A stretch of DNA of 64,000 bases from a virus. Of this stretch, positions 11,493 to 20,857 are shown piece by piece. How positions within the stretch are numbered: the stretch's first letter is position 1; each line of letters opens with the position of its first letter. The stretch is from positions 64,001 to 128,000 of the IMG/VR virus record IMGVR_UViG_3300028608_000007. The stretch is one strand, 5' to 3'. A model generated the notes under the pieces. The model worked only from the letters and a program-made list of their open reading frames with translations, was not told the origin of the DNA and did no database searches. Position numbers and translations under genes: made by a program.

Positions 11493-12662
11493 GTGACCAA
11501 ACCAATTATGCTGGAGATGGGTTTTCCCACAACTCCACCTGTAATCGACCAACACATCTTCAACGTTTACAAAAACGACTATCAGAACACCAGCCTGTTG
11601 CTTGGGGAGCCTGGCGGTCTGTTCGATACCGTGAACAAACAGTTCCCAGATGTCTGGAAGCTGTACAAGACCATGAAGTCGCTGGACTGGGACGAAAACG
11701 AACTACCGTTCACGTCCTGTAACGCTGAGTTCAAGAACCCACTGCTGCGCACCAAGTCGCAGAAGATGATCAAGTCGTTGGCTTGGCAATGGGAAGCAGA
11801 CTCGGTAGCGTCGCGCAGCATCAGCCACATCGTCAGCCTGTTCAACCCAGCACCTGAGCTGTGGGCAGCTTGGCAGCGTATCTCCGACAACGAAGTGGTT
11901 CACGCCGCTACGTACTCCGAGATCGTTCGTGCCTCCTTCGACAACCCACGTGAAGTACTCGACAAGATCCTCGAGATCACCGAAGCCATGCAGCGTCTGG
12001 AATCGGTTGCCCGAGAGATGCGCTGGATTCGTGAACGTGGTTTGAAGTTCCAACTGGGCTTGGTGCCGAACGACCAAGAAACCTACAACGCGATCTTCAT
12101 GTTTGCGTTCGTGATGCTGGTGCTGGAACGTCTCCAGTTCATGGCGTCGTTTGCTGTGACCTTCGCACTGGCGGCAGAAGACCTGTTTATCCCAATCGGG
12201 AAGATGGTTCAGAAGATCGCCCAAGACGAATACGAAGTACACACCGCGCTGGACTTCACCGTCCTTTATATGGAGATGCAAACCGAGCGTGGGCAAATCG
12301 CCTACCAGGAACTGCGTCCTCGTATGAACGCGTTGCTGAACGAAGTCATCGCCACCGAAATGAACTGGTCCGATTTCGTCTTCCTGGACGACGAGACTGG
12401 CAACTACGTGGAAGACCTCAAGTACTGCAACCGCAAGCAGCTCAAGGACTTCGTACTGTTCAACGGTACCTTCATTGCCCGTTCGATGCGACTGGACATG
12501 GAGTACCCACAAATCGAAAACCTCCCGCTCCACTACATGAAGACCTGGATGAACATGGGTGATACCCAGCCTTCTCCACAAGAGCAAGCCAATGCTCAGT
12601 ACAAGGTCAACGTGGTCGTGCGTGATGACGCCGAAGTGGAGTTTGACCTGAGTGGATTCTGA
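11493..12662 (+). CDS. nrdB: ribonucleotide reductase beta subunit
   Basis: Directly after nrdA; W-D motif, EVVHAATY (radical Tyr), LERLQFMASF, DEYEVH iron ligands. Confidence 0.93.
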   Translation: MTKPIMLEMGFPTTPPVIDQHIFNVYKNDYQNTSLLLGEPGGLFDTVNKQFPDVWKLYKTMKSLDWDENELPFTSCNAEFKNPLLRTKSQKMIKSLAWQWEADSVASRSISHIVSLFNPAPELWAAWQRISDNEVVHAATYSEIVRASFDNPREVLDKILEITEAMQRLESVAREMRWIRERGLKFQLGLVPNDQETYNAIFMFAFVMLVLERLQFMASFAVTFALAAEDLFIPIGKMVQKIAQDEYEVHTALDFTVLYMEMQTERGQIAYQELRPRMNALLNEVIATEMNWSDFVFLDDETGNYVEDLKYCNRKQLKDFVLFNGTFIARSMRLDMEYPQIENLPLHYMKTWMNMGDTQPSPQEQANAQYKVNVVVRDDAEVEFDLSGF

Positions 12663-12672
12663 GGCACGGCTT

Positions 12673-12795
12673 ATGGAAGAGTTGACTAAGTTATCGTTGT
12701 TGGTGTTGGCGGTAGGTGTGTCGATCTTTGCAACTGCTTTGTGGTTGTTCTTCCGTGATGTAAAGAGTGAAGGAAGAAAGAATGGAACATCATGA
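12673..12795 (+). CDS. small membrane peptide (40 aa, not in ORF track)
   Basis: Hand translation MEELTKLSLLVLAVGVSIFATALWLFFRDVKSEGRKNGTS; one TM helix. Confidence 0.55.
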   Translation: MEELTKLSLLVLAVGVSIFATALWLFFRDVKSEGRKNGTS

Positions 12796-12895
12796 GTTTG
12801 GCGTGGCACACGTCATTCTTGTTGTAATGGTTGTAGGGGTCTTGTTACTTAAGGTCTCCGACTTTTGGAAAGGACGCAAAAATGGGAATCGGTGA
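12782..12895 (+). CDS. small membrane peptide (37 aa, not in ORF track)
   Basis: Hand translation MEHHEFGVAHVILVVMVVGVLLLKVSDFWKGRKNGNR; one TM helix; GGAAG upstream. Confidence 0.55.
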   Translation: MEHHEFGVAHVILVVMVVGVLLLKVSDFWKGRKNGNR

Positions 12896-13151
12896 AAACT
12901 CATTCGACGTCATTCGTGGTTTGCGCATCATCATTGAGTGCAACCACTATCCCATCCGACCTGAACATCGCGACGGCGAACTCACCTTCGAAGGCGGTTC
13001 TACGTGGTATTTCAAGATCATCAATGGCCTGTGCATCCCAAGTGATGTGAAAGAGTTGTTCAATGTACACGGTATTGGTTTGGTCATTGCCAAACAGTTT
13101 GGTGCCGAGTCCTGTAAATTCTACGGTGACCGTAACGGCTTCCTGACATAA
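12882..13151 (+). CDS. hypothetical protein
   Basis: 89-aa ORF with AAGGA SD, ends at bidirectional terminator. Confidence 0.65.
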   Translation: MGIGENSFDVIRGLRIIIECNHYPIRPEHRDGELTFEGGSTWYFKIINGLCIPSDVKELFNVHGIGLVIAKQFGAESCKFYGDRNGFLT

Positions 13152-13190
13152 AAAAAAAAGAAGGGGTGCGAGCCCCTTCTTTTTTATGCC
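13146..13190. terminator. bidirectional intrinsic terminator
   Basis: A-tract, AGAAGGGG/CCCCTTCT stem, T-tract between convergent genes; flanked by ACATA and TATGCC. Confidence 0.85.
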
Positions 13191-13196
13191 GCCTGT

Positions 13197-13826
13197 TTAG
13201 GACGGCATCAGTTCACAGCGGTGAGACAGGTAGTAGAAGTTCGGATCTCGATTTGGATGTACTTCACGCAATGCGATATTGAACCGCACACCTTCCACTC
13301 GCTCAGTCTTGTAGGTGTGTCGCATGGCTTTCTGGAGACAGAGGATCAGGTTGAAGCAATCCTGTTTGTCAGAAGGCAAGCGGGAGAAGCCACGATCAAT
13401 GTCGAGGAACTTCGCCAGGTGTGCAGCAGCCCAATGTCGAATGGTGGAGTCGTACTCCATGTCGGCGATTTCTGGACGATCAGCGCACAGGTAATCGTAA
13501 CCGTGATTCACGGCATCCCACGTAGCACGACGAGGGAGGATCACGATGTGATGATCGAAGTCATCCTGCGCGTGGAAGAAAGCACCACGAATGTGGATGT
13601 TGCGGTTGGAGAGACAGGTGGGGTAACGACGCACGTGGTTCGCCAACTCGTCTTCTACGCGGGCCTGAACCCGATCAAAGGTGGTGGCGTTATGCATCCG
13701 GGCCTCGGGCCGAGCCAACTTGTTGTAGTGACTGTGCAGTTCTGCCAGACGAGCCAGATCTACATCGTTCAGGGTATCGCCACCGTCTACAGACAGGGTG
13801 ATGTCAACACGGTTAAAACCAGCCAT
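13197..13826 (-). CDS. hypothetical protein
   Basis: 209-aa ORF with GGAGG SD. Confidence 0.7.
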   Translation of the reverse strand: MAGFNRVDITLSVDGGDTLNDVDLARLAELHSHYNKLARPEARMHNATTFDRVQARVEDELANHVRRYPTCLSNRNIHIRGAFFHAQDDFDHHIVILPRRATWDAVNHGYDYLCADRPEIADMEYDSTIRHWAAAHLAKFLDIDRGFSRLPSDKQDCFNLILCLQKAMRHTYKTERVEGVRFNIALREVHPNRDPNFYYLSHRCELMPS

Positions 13827-14344
13827 TATTTACCCTCCTTAGGGCATTGCATGAATTGAACGTCAGCGTGACCACCAGCGGTCACAGTTGGTACGATGTA
13901 GTACATGGTGTGGTGCTTGATAATTACATAAGACTGACCCACGTTAGCTCGCATCTGGTGATACAGCGAATCAGTCAACTTGATGCGGTATTTGTGGGAA
14001 CCGATCAACAACAGAGAAGTGGCACCTGCACCCAACTTCTCATCTTCGATCTTGTCATCCATCAGGTAACCGCCGTAGACCACAGTCGCCGGATAGAGAC
14101 CGACTGTCTTGCGGTTGGTGCGCGACATCACCATCGCTTGGAACTCACCCACGATTTTATCGTTAGGGTGAGACTGGACGTCGATGACGTTTTCCTCAGG
14201 CTCTGGTTTGGGCTTACGCTTTTCATCCAGAACTTTTTGAAGCATCGCGATCTGTTCTTCGAGAGCTTTCTCGGACCAGTCTTTGTAATCGTGGCCGCAA
14301 CGGCACGGTGTATCCCAGCATTTAACGCAGTCAGACATTCCCAT
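13826..14344 (-). CDS. hypothetical protein with N-terminal CxxCxxxxCxC motif
   Basis: 172 aa; SDCVKCWDTPCRCG; start may be 14338. Confidence 0.7.
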   Translation of the reverse strand: MGMSDCVKCWDTPCRCGHDYKDWSEKALEEQIAMLQKVLDEKRKPKPEPEENVIDVQSHPNDKIVGEFQAMVMSRTNRKTVGLYPATVVYGGYLMDDKIEDEKLGAGATSLLLIGSHKYRIKLTDSLYHQMRANVGQSYVIIKHHTMYYIVPTVTAGGHADVQFMQCPKEGK

Positions 14345-15071
14345 CGGAGGGTTCCTTTCGAATGGTTACGAGAACAGTGAAGGTAGTTATGTCCCGATCT
14401 TCCGAAGACATCGAGAGCCGCCACTGATTTTTCTTCTCACGGAATCGAACAGCCTTGTTACAGAGGGAGACGAAGAACTTCACGCCTCCCGTCGAATAAT
14501 CTCGCGCTACACCCCGAGTCTTGGCCAAAGGGAGTTGACGCACTGGGACCATGGTCTGTCCCTTGTTGATCCCTACCAGTTTGGCAGAGACCACTTCACA
14601 ACCAGGGTAAAGAGTCGACAGGTTGACGCTGTCATTACGAGGAACGACAACCCGCTTGACTTTGAGGTACGGTTTCTTGGTGGTACGTTTTCCTTCTTTC
14701 TTACGGAGTGGTTGCATCCATCGCCCATAAACCTTCATTAACTGTTCATAGGTAAGGATAACGGGAGGACCCAGTTCAGGCCAAGGGAAGTCAGTCGCAT
14801 TGCACTGCTTGAATGTGACCTCGGTATCCTTGAGGAAGGCTGCTTTCTCAGGACCAGACCAACGTGCCAGCACCTGTGGACAGGAACCGAAACGCTTGAA
14901 GAACATCACTTGGGTGTTAGGGTGGTTTTCAAAACCTTTGTGGTAGGTGCGCATTACCACAAAGATACTACTGCGACCAACTAGCCACGCTTTGACGTTT
15001 GCCTTGGCCTCCACGTGAAGTGCTCGTGGTTGGGCGAAGTAGCGACGGATGTGGGGATGCTGTGGGATCAT
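14331..15071 (-). CDS. hypothetical basic protein
   Basis: 246 aa, ATGA overlap with upstream gene. Confidence 0.7.
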   Translation of the reverse strand: MIPQHPHIRRYFAQPRALHVEAKANVKAWLVGRSSIFVVMRTYHKGFENHPNTQVMFFKRFGSCPQVLARWSGPEKAAFLKDTEVTFKQCNATDFPWPELGPPVILTYEQLMKVYGRWMQPLRKKEGKRTTKKPYLKVKRVVVPRNDSVNLSTLYPGCEVVSAKLVGINKGQTMVPVRQLPLAKTRGVARDYSTGGVKFFVSLCNKAVRFREKKNQWRLSMSSEDRDITTFTVLVTIRKEPSDGNV

Positions 15072-15409
15072 CGTGCACCTTTAGAGCGTTGGGTCAGTAG
15101 TTGGATTTCGCGAGGTATCGAACGAGCAGACGGAATGACTGCCATGTAGTAAGTGCCCCCGAAGAACGTTACCTTGACCACTGTACCCGGAACCAGTTTC
15201 CACGCCTCAGCATGTTTCGCTTTGACGTAGTACAAACGACCGTTCAACATCACGATGGCCGTTTCCTGGAACTTGCTGACCTTGATACCAGAGATCTCAC
15301 CGCGATCAACTTCACGAGCACCACGCTGACGTGCCAAATCCATTGGGATATTCATGTCAGCTTCACGCGGGTCATTTACAACAGTGTTACGACCATACTT
15401 CGAGGACAT
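15068..15409 (-). CDS. hypothetical protein
   Basis: 113 aa, AAGGAG SD. Confidence 0.7.
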   Translation of the reverse strand: MSSKYGRNTVVNDPREADMNIPMDLARQRGAREVDRGEISGIKVSKFQETAIVMLNGRLYYVKAKHAEAWKLVPGTVVKVTFFGGTYYMAVIPSARSIPREIQLLTQRSKGAR

Positions 15410-15436
15410 CTAAACAACTCCTTGTAGTTACTGCTC

Positions 15437-15952
15437 TTATTTTCCCTTCTGAGGGAAACGTTTGTTCAGTTCTTCGACAATCTCAGGGATTGACAAAATG
15501 TGGACGGGTGCCGGGCCTTCACGCAGGGTGTCCTTGGCCAGACAGATTGCATTGCGGATGTCATCATTGTGAACATCCATTGCGGCGTACAGTACCTCTT
15601 CGGTTTCCACATAGTTACCGCGGATACCGACTACACCTGGACCCCACGGGATTACCCGCTTGGCCAAGCTTGCTTTCTTCCCAACCGAGGTCTCAGCACG
15701 GGTCCATTCTTCGATGCGACCAGAGTGAGTGATCAGCCAGCCACGCAGGGCACCCTCGCCACAGTTCTCGAAAGAATTATCACCATCGAGGTAGGCGATC
15801 AGGTTAAACGCGTTAGCAGCCAGCGGTACCAAGAAACCGTGTTTGGTGTACAGGGCATCTGTCGTCAGCTTCATACGCAAGCCGTTTACACGGTAGAGGT
15901 CAGAGATAAAAGCGATCTCGTTACCGTTCATCAGGATGAAGTTGTCGTTCAT
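15437..15952 (-). CDS. hypothetical protein, possible degenerate Ntn-hydrolase (HslV/proteasome-beta-like) fold
   Basis: ATGA overlap; N-terminal strand-strand IAFISD and C-terminal AAM..IRNAICLAKD resemble neighbour 15949..16533. Confidence 0.6.
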   Translation of the reverse strand: MNDNFILMNGNEIAFISDLYRVNGLRMKLTTDALYTKHGFLVPLAANAFNLIAYLDGDNSFENCGEGALRGWLITHSGRIEEWTRAETSVGKKASLAKRVIPWGPGVVGIRGNYVETEEVLYAAMDVHNDDIRNAICLAKDTLREGPAPVHILSIPEIVEELNKRFPQKGK

Positions 15953-16533
15953 TTGCTAGCCTTGGCTTTACGTGGAGTTGGAACCTTACGCGGGAACTTC
16001 TTCAGATCGGACAACACGTAGTAGTCACAACCCATCCCACACGTTGCCGTTTGTTTGTTCAACCGGTTGATCATATCAACAGCGCCCAGACCCGCCTTGT
16101 GGTAGGTATTGGCGAAATTGATCTCAGAACCCGTACAGTGGAATCGAGTGATGTCCTCAGCCCGCACTGTCAGTTCCTTCTTGTCTTCATCGTAACAGAT
16201 GAACCACAAGTTCTCAGCGGTACAGACATACAGACGCCTTGCGTTCCCAACGGCATAACCGGTCAGGACCATGGCTTCCTCATCGGTGAACTCCAATGGG
16301 TTGCCTTCGTCATAGCTCAAATAAAAAGCAGTGAGTCGCGCCGTGAGCAACGTGCGAATCAACGCCACGTCAACGGGAAGTGGATCAGAACCCACAATAC
16401 CGATAACGAAACGTTTCTCGTCTTCGATGTGCAGTTTGAGTCCCGGTTCGCGATACTCAACACGAGTACCACAATTCACCAACATCTGTTTATCGGCAGC
16501 GATTACGCCGTCCTTGATTACAACCATCGACAT
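15949..16533 (-). CDS. HslV/proteasome-beta-like Ntn-fold protein
   Basis: N-terminus SMVVIKDGVIAADKQ matches TTxxxxDGVxAADxQ pattern; internal CTGS and terminal TATCG. Confidence 0.6.
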   Translation of the reverse strand: MSMVVIKDGVIAADKQMLVNCGTRVEYREPGLKLHIEDEKRFVIGIVGSDPLPVDVALIRTLLTARLTAFYLSYDEGNPLEFTDEEAMVLTGYAVGNARRLYVCTAENLWFICYDEDKKELTVRAEDITRFHCTGSEINFANTYHKAGLGAVDMINRLNKQTATCGMGCDYYVLSDLKKFPRKVPTPRKAKASK

Positions 16534-16554
16534 CTACTTGACTCCCTTGAGTAA

Positions 16555-16590
16555 CGGCATAGAGAGTGAGGCTGCGTGGGCCTCACTCCT
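16555..16590 (-). terminator. hairpin/terminator flanked by GGCATA
   Basis: GAGTGAGGC/GCCTCACTC stem preceded by CGGCATAG. Confidence 0.6.
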
Positions 16591-16601
16591 TGAGCCTAAG
16601 C

Positions 16602-16871
16602 TTAGGCCTGGACGCGTTGTTCCAGGCAGCCAGTGCGACCGGCCTTCTTGGCTGGCGCGTAGCTTGGGTGTTCCGAACCTTTCAGGCTGCCATCAGCGAG
16701 GAAGTTCAGCTTAGTGCCGACCACGGTATCTTTCGGCAGTTGACCGTCTTTGATCTCGAGTTCGATCAGATCGTTCTTGTCGTTCATGACGGTGAGCTTG
16801 GCACCAGCCACTTTGACGAAGGTCAGGGTGGTGTCTTTTTCCAGCGCTTGAGTCAGTTGCATGAACAGCAT
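16602..16871 (-). CDS. hypothetical protein
   Basis: 89 aa, AAGGA SD, downstream of putative early promoter. Confidence 0.65.
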   Translation of the reverse strand: MLFMQLTQALEKDTTLTFVKVAGAKLTVMNDKNDLIELEIKDGQLPKDTVVGTKLNFLADGSLKGSEHPSYAPAKKAGRTGCLEQRVQA

Positions 16872-16910
16872 TCCTTTTCTAAAAGGTTTTAGGTTGGTGG
16901 TGTTGCATCT

Positions 16911-16937
16911 GGATAGTATATATCCGAGATCTTTTTA
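16911..16937 (-). promoter_or_regulatory. putative phage early promoter
   Basis: Minus strand AAAAAGATCTCGGATATATACTA aligns without gaps to motifs at 43984 and 63201. Confidence 0.6.
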
Positions 16938-17789
16938 ATTCGTACTGATCGGATCTTCCTTTGCCAAGTCTGGTCGGTAGTTCCGTTGGATCAGCTTGAA
17001 CTTGAGAATACGGCGGATACCTTTGACTTCACCATCGGGGTAAACCATCATTCCCGAACGATCAGGGTCGGTGTAACGGATGAAGACCACCGGATGACTG
17101 CTGCCTTCTTGAATCAGGTCACCGTTTTCAAAGTGATCCGATTTCAGGTATTCGTTGTACTCCCGGAGCAACTTCTCTTCCTGCTCTTCGCGGAAAGACT
17201 TGTAGTACGGGTCAGGTTCCCAACTGGCGGACATGTTCGGAATGATGCTGGCGGTCCCGTAAATGGCGTAATAAGTGAACGCGTAATAATGCGGGACATC
17301 ACGGGCCTGTTGATGCAAACCGATGATCTTGAACGGCAGCTCTGGCCAACCTTTGTCTTCGGAGTGGCGCAACTTGTGGAACACCCCGGTGGTGGTCAGG
17401 TAGATAGGGTTGTTTGAATGGGTGCAGTGACCCAAGAACAAACGTTTACCCCGAAACTCTTCCCGGTTCTTGTCCATCTGGTGGTAGTTAGCCGCCAGTC
17501 TACGGTTAAAGTCGTAGTTATGCAGGAGCAGCTCATGATTCCCTGCATCCAAGAACTCTACTCGTGCCTTGGAAGGAATCTCGATAGAAAAGTTCCCCTC
17601 ACGACCCGGCATGAAGTAATGCATCCGGTTTTCTTTGAAGTCGAACTGGGTAACGTAGTAGATCTGGTCGCCACCCTGTTCGGTGATGTCTTGGTGAACC
17701 CGAATGCGAACAAAGCTTCCGCATTCTTTCAACTCACGCACAGCACGCCGCAAGTCGTTCTTAAATAGCTGATCCCACAATGAGCGCAT
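16935..17789 (-). CDS. hypothetical protein
   Basis: Start moved to MRSLWDQ (AAGGAAGG SD). Confidence 0.75.
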   Translation of the reverse strand: MRSLWDQLFKNDLRRAVRELKECGSFVRIRVHQDITEQGGDQIYYVTQFDFKENRMHYFMPGREGNFSIEIPSKARVEFLDAGNHELLLHNYDFNRRLAANYHQMDKNREEFRGKRLFLGHCTHSNNPIYLTTTGVFHKLRHSEDKGWPELPFKIIGLHQQARDVPHYYAFTYYAIYGTASIIPNMSASWEPDPYYKSFREEQEEKLLREYNEYLKSDHFENGDLIQEGSSHPVVFIRYTDPDRSGMMVYPDGEVKGIRRILKFKLIQRNYRPDLAKEDPISTN

Positions 17790-17832
17790 AGTTCCTTCCT
17801 TAAGGTGTGGCGGGGACGAACCCCGCCGAAGT

Positions 17833-18423
17833 TTAGAAGAGGTTGTAGCGAACACCGTCGATATCCTTGTAGCACGCGTCTACGAGAGAATCGATGATAT
17901 TCCGAGCCTTCGTCAGCGACTCTCGCTGTTCGGCTTCTATAAGCACCGGAATGTAAGTGTACCGCAACTTGTTTCCAAAACGCCCCGTGACGTAATGTTC
18001 ACAAATCCACTTCGGTGAGTACTTCTGCATGTCGAGATGCTGTCCGATCCCACTCCACCACGTAGGGTCATCAAACACCTTGGGGTCTACAGGTACAACC
18101 ACGTCGATCTTGGGGATACCGCGATCCATTTCGATCGGTGCACGGGTCACTCGCTTACAACTCATCGGGAGCATTTTCTCTCCTCTATAAGTGTAGTGAG
18201 GTCTGTAAAAGTAGACTCCATTTTGATACTGAGTCAGGGGCAGGTCAATGCCTTCGAAGATTGGTGTGTCTTCGCAATCGAATTCGAACTTGTAGATTGC
18301 CTCATTGACCTTGGGTTTGACGTGGTTGTGATAGCGGTACAACGTAAGCTGGGCGTAGTTGCCAAACTCATAGTCGTCGTCAATTACCGCCATCATGTTG
18401 AGTGCGCCAAAAAGGGTGAGCAT
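17833..18423 (-). CDS. hypothetical protein (paralog of 18432..19058)
   Basis: GAGG SD; shares YTYRGEKML/YTFRGDPML, WW, KYSPKWIC/RYKPKFMC motifs. Confidence 0.75.
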   Translation of the reverse strand: MLTLFGALNMMAVIDDDYEFGNYAQLTLYRYHNHVKPKVNEAIYKFEFDCEDTPIFEGIDLPLTQYQNGVYFYRPHYTYRGEKMLPMSCKRVTRAPIEMDRGIPKIDVVVPVDPKVFDDPTWWSGIGQHLDMQKYSPKWICEHYVTGRFGNKLRYTYIPVLIEAEQRESLTKARNIIDSLVDACYKDIDGVRYNLF

Positions 18424-18431
18424 AAGTCACC

Positions 18432-19058
18432 TCACAGATCCAGCAGGTCAATTTCCTGGTTGGTGCCGTGGTCGAGGAAAACGCCTTCCAGTTGGTCACC
18501 CACACGGGAAAGGCCTTCGATCAGATCCTTGACTACTTGGGTCAGCACACGTTCGTCAATCGAGACGGGAACGTAGTCGATACGAACCTTGTCTTCACCG
18601 ATGATACTGTGCAGGTAACCCCTACACATGAACTTCGGCTTATAACGCGCTACCAGATTGGCAAGATCGTTCGAGTTCCACCAGTACTCGTTCTTGAGTA
18701 TGTCCTTGTCGTCGACCACAGCCACCATAGTCAAGCGTGGGATAGTGGGGTCATCGATGTTCGACTTGGCGACCGTGCGGATTTCCTTGACCAACATGGG
18801 GTCGCCACGGAAGGTGTAGAAACCACCGTGATCGTGACGGTAGAACCCAGGCTCGAGATCGTCGAGGCGCTTGTCCTTGGGGATCTCGAGCATCTGCTCT
18901 TTGGTCAGGTCGAACTGGAGTTCCACGACCTTTTCATCGAGCTGCTGGTAAGTACGGCAAGCCTTGGCGGTATCGCGCAGGCGCAGGTGCAACTCAGGCT
19001 TGGTGTAGATGTGCTTGAGGTCGTTGAACTGATTGACGCACAGATACGCTTTGATCAT
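18432..19058 (-). CDS. hypothetical protein (paralog of 17833..18423)
   Basis: GGAGG SD, ATGA overlap at 19055-19058. Confidence 0.75.
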   Translation of the reverse strand: MIKAYLCVNQFNDLKHIYTKPELHLRLRDTAKACRTYQQLDEKVVELQFDLTKEQMLEIPKDKRLDDLEPGFYRHDHGGFYTFRGDPMLVKEIRTVAKSNIDDPTIPRLTMVAVVDDKDILKNEYWWNSNDLANLVARYKPKFMCRGYLHSIIGEDKVRIDYVPVSIDERVLTQVVKDLIEGLSRVGDQLEGVFLDHGTNQEIDLLDL

Positions 19059-19624
19059 GACGCAGCCTCCTGTTCTTTGATGACCCAACCACGCTCCGTA
19101 CGGGTATGGTTTTGGTCGAGGTAGTTGGTCCACTCGCCGCGTTGGCAGAAGCGGAGTTGATACACCTTGTCGTCCAACAAGATGGCTGAGTTGGTGAAAG
19201 CAAAGATCGACTTCTGAGGGATCTTGTACTTGTTCATCAACTTGGTCAGTGCACCGTTCTTGAACTCTTCCCGGCTACGACGGAAAGCATCACGCACGGT
19301 TTCGCCTTCACGTGGTTCCGGCAGCACGACTGGACGCTCGATCCAGGCCTTGAGTTCCGCCGACTCTTCGTCAGTCAGAACCAACACGTAGGTCTGCGTC
19401 TTCTCGCGGTTGTGGTGCAGGGAGTTCAACAGAGTAGCCAAGCGAGCATCGAGTTCGATACCGATCGGCAGACCTTCTTCAACGTCACGCCACAGATAGT
19501 CGATTGGGTAGCTACGACCCAACGGGAGCAGTTGTTGCCAACGACCCCAGTTTGACTCGCAGTCGGCGATGATGAAGTTGACAGGCATCAAGCCTGGAAT
19601 GGTTTCGGCTTGCATGCTCATCAT
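19055..19624 (-). CDS. hypothetical protein
   Basis: 189 aa, ATGA overlap, GGAGG SD. Confidence 0.75.
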   Translation of the reverse strand: MMSMQAETIPGLMPVNFIIADCESNWGRWQQLLPLGRSYPIDYLWRDVEEGLPIGIELDARLATLLNSLHHNREKTQTYVLVLTDEESAELKAWIERPVVLPEPREGETVRDAFRRSREEFKNGALTKLMNKYKIPQKSIFAFTNSAILLDDKVYQLRFCQRGEWTNYLDQNHTRTERGWVIKEQEAAS

Positions 19625-20184
19625 TTGGCCTCCAGCATGATCAGGTTGTCACGGGGAACCAGCAGGTACATGTCGTGACCCCAGCTTTCAGGGTTCATGG
19701 CAAAACCAATGTGCTCTTGGCGACGGATGATTTTACCGACCATCGACTTGTCCACCGAGAACGACTTGGTCTGCGGGGAATTGCCTTTCTCGCCGTAGCG
19801 ATAGTCGACGATCTGTTGGGCTTCGAAGACACCCAGGTATTCAAAGCCAGCACGAGACAACACGATCATTACCGCAGCAGTGATTTCTGCGTTGTAGTTA
19901 CGCAGGTCCAACTGGTTCATGATCGCCGAACGCGACTCCGGGTAACCGAAGTAGCAGTTCATCCCTTCCTTCTTGAACACCGTCAGGTTGGTGACCTCAC
20001 CTGGCATGTTCATCGCTTGCAGGAAGCTGCGATCGAAACCACGGAAGAACACGTCATCCGCAGCCCAATCGAGAATCACGTTGTTGACGAACTGGTTGGG
20101 GTCGAAAGGTTCCATTCCTTTATAGTCACGGTGGTCGCCACCGAGCCGGGCGAGTTCTACTACTTTTTGGCTGAGCTTCTGCAT
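19621..20184 (-). CDS. hypothetical protein
   Basis: 187 aa, GGAG SD, first gene after putative early promoter. Confidence 0.75.
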   Translation of the reverse strand: MQKLSQKVVELARLGGDHRDYKGMEPFDPNQFVNNVILDWAADDVFFRGFDRSFLQAMNMPGEVTNLTVFKKEGMNCYFGYPESRSAIMNQLDLRNYNAEITAAVMIVLSRAGFEYLGVFEAQQIVDYRYGEKGNSPQTKSFSVDKSMVGKIIRRQEHIGFAMNPESWGHDMYLLVPRDNLIMLEAK

Positions 20185-20236
20185 TACTTCTTCTCCATCT
20201 TTGGATGTGGTTAGTTAAACCCCAGTAGAGTTGCAC

Positions 20237-20262
20237 CTAGATGATATATTTCTATTTTGAAT
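20237..20262 (-). promoter_or_regulatory. putative phage early promoter (TATATCATCTAG)
   Basis: Exact 12-mer TATATCATCTAG shared with 28037-28048; sits immediately downstream of a terminator. Confidence 0.6.
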
Positions 20263-20275
20263 TTCAATCAAGGGC

Positions 20276-20313
20276 AAAAAAAAGAAGGGTGGCGAGCCCT
20301 TCTTTCTTATGCC
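20276..20313 (-). terminator. intrinsic terminator
   Basis: AGAAGGG/CCCTTCT stem with T-tract on minus strand; GGCATA between stop and stem. Confidence 0.8.
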
Positions 20314-20314
20314 G

Positions 20315-20857
20315 TCAATCTGAGACAATGTCGGAGATCACGTCCCCGATGTCATCTAAGACTGACGAACTACTGGATGAACTATCGGAACCCTTCTTGC
20401 GACGGAACCAGTTCTTGAAACGTTGCCAACGACTGAGCGGCTTTGGCGGTGGTGCATTCTTTCTCACGAGTTCTTCCCAAAGGATCAACATTTGCTCCCC
20501 TTTCAGGAAGCGGCAATCAATGTCACTTACCGTCAACATTGGGATGTGCGCCATACCGGAGAACGCAATCGTTACGGTTGCCCCATAGCGATCCTCGTCC
20601 TCTACCATCACCAACATCTTCCAACCCGTGATGTCGATGAAGGACATGGCTTGAAACTCAATGGGTTCTTCAAAATCCCATTTCCAGTCCCCTGCTTTCA
20701 AAACAGGATAGTGGTCAGGGAATTCCTTATAGAAACCCATCAGGGTCCACACCACGCGCATGACGTCTGTGTGCTTGAGGTAGTACACCCCGACTCGATC
20801 GTATTGGTGAGTCAGCTCCCTCACTGTTTTTGTGTGGCGGATCTTGATCTTTGTCAA
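20315..20857 (-). CDS. hypothetical protein with basic then Ser/Asp-rich C-tail
   Basis: 180 aa; ...RRKKGSDSSSSSSSVLDDIGDVISDIVSD. Confidence 0.7.
   Translation of the reverse strand: MTKIKIRHTKTVRELTHQYDRVGVYYLKHTDVMRVVWTLMGFYKEFPDHYPVLKAGDWKWDFEEPIEFQAMSFIDITGWKMLVMVEDEDRYGATVTIAFSGMAHIPMLTVSDIDCRFLKGEQMLILWEELVRKNAPPPKPLSRWQRFKNWFRRKKGSDSSSSSSSVLDDIGDVISDIVSD

Noticed and set aside
13826-16871. Possible OB-fold paralogy among 13826, 15068 and 16602
   Set aside because: Only vague strand-pattern similarity, too weak to claim without HMM comparison.
20241-20588. 115-aa plus-strand ORF
   Set aside because: It runs through a promoter and terminator and antisense to 20315..20857; low-complexity artefact.
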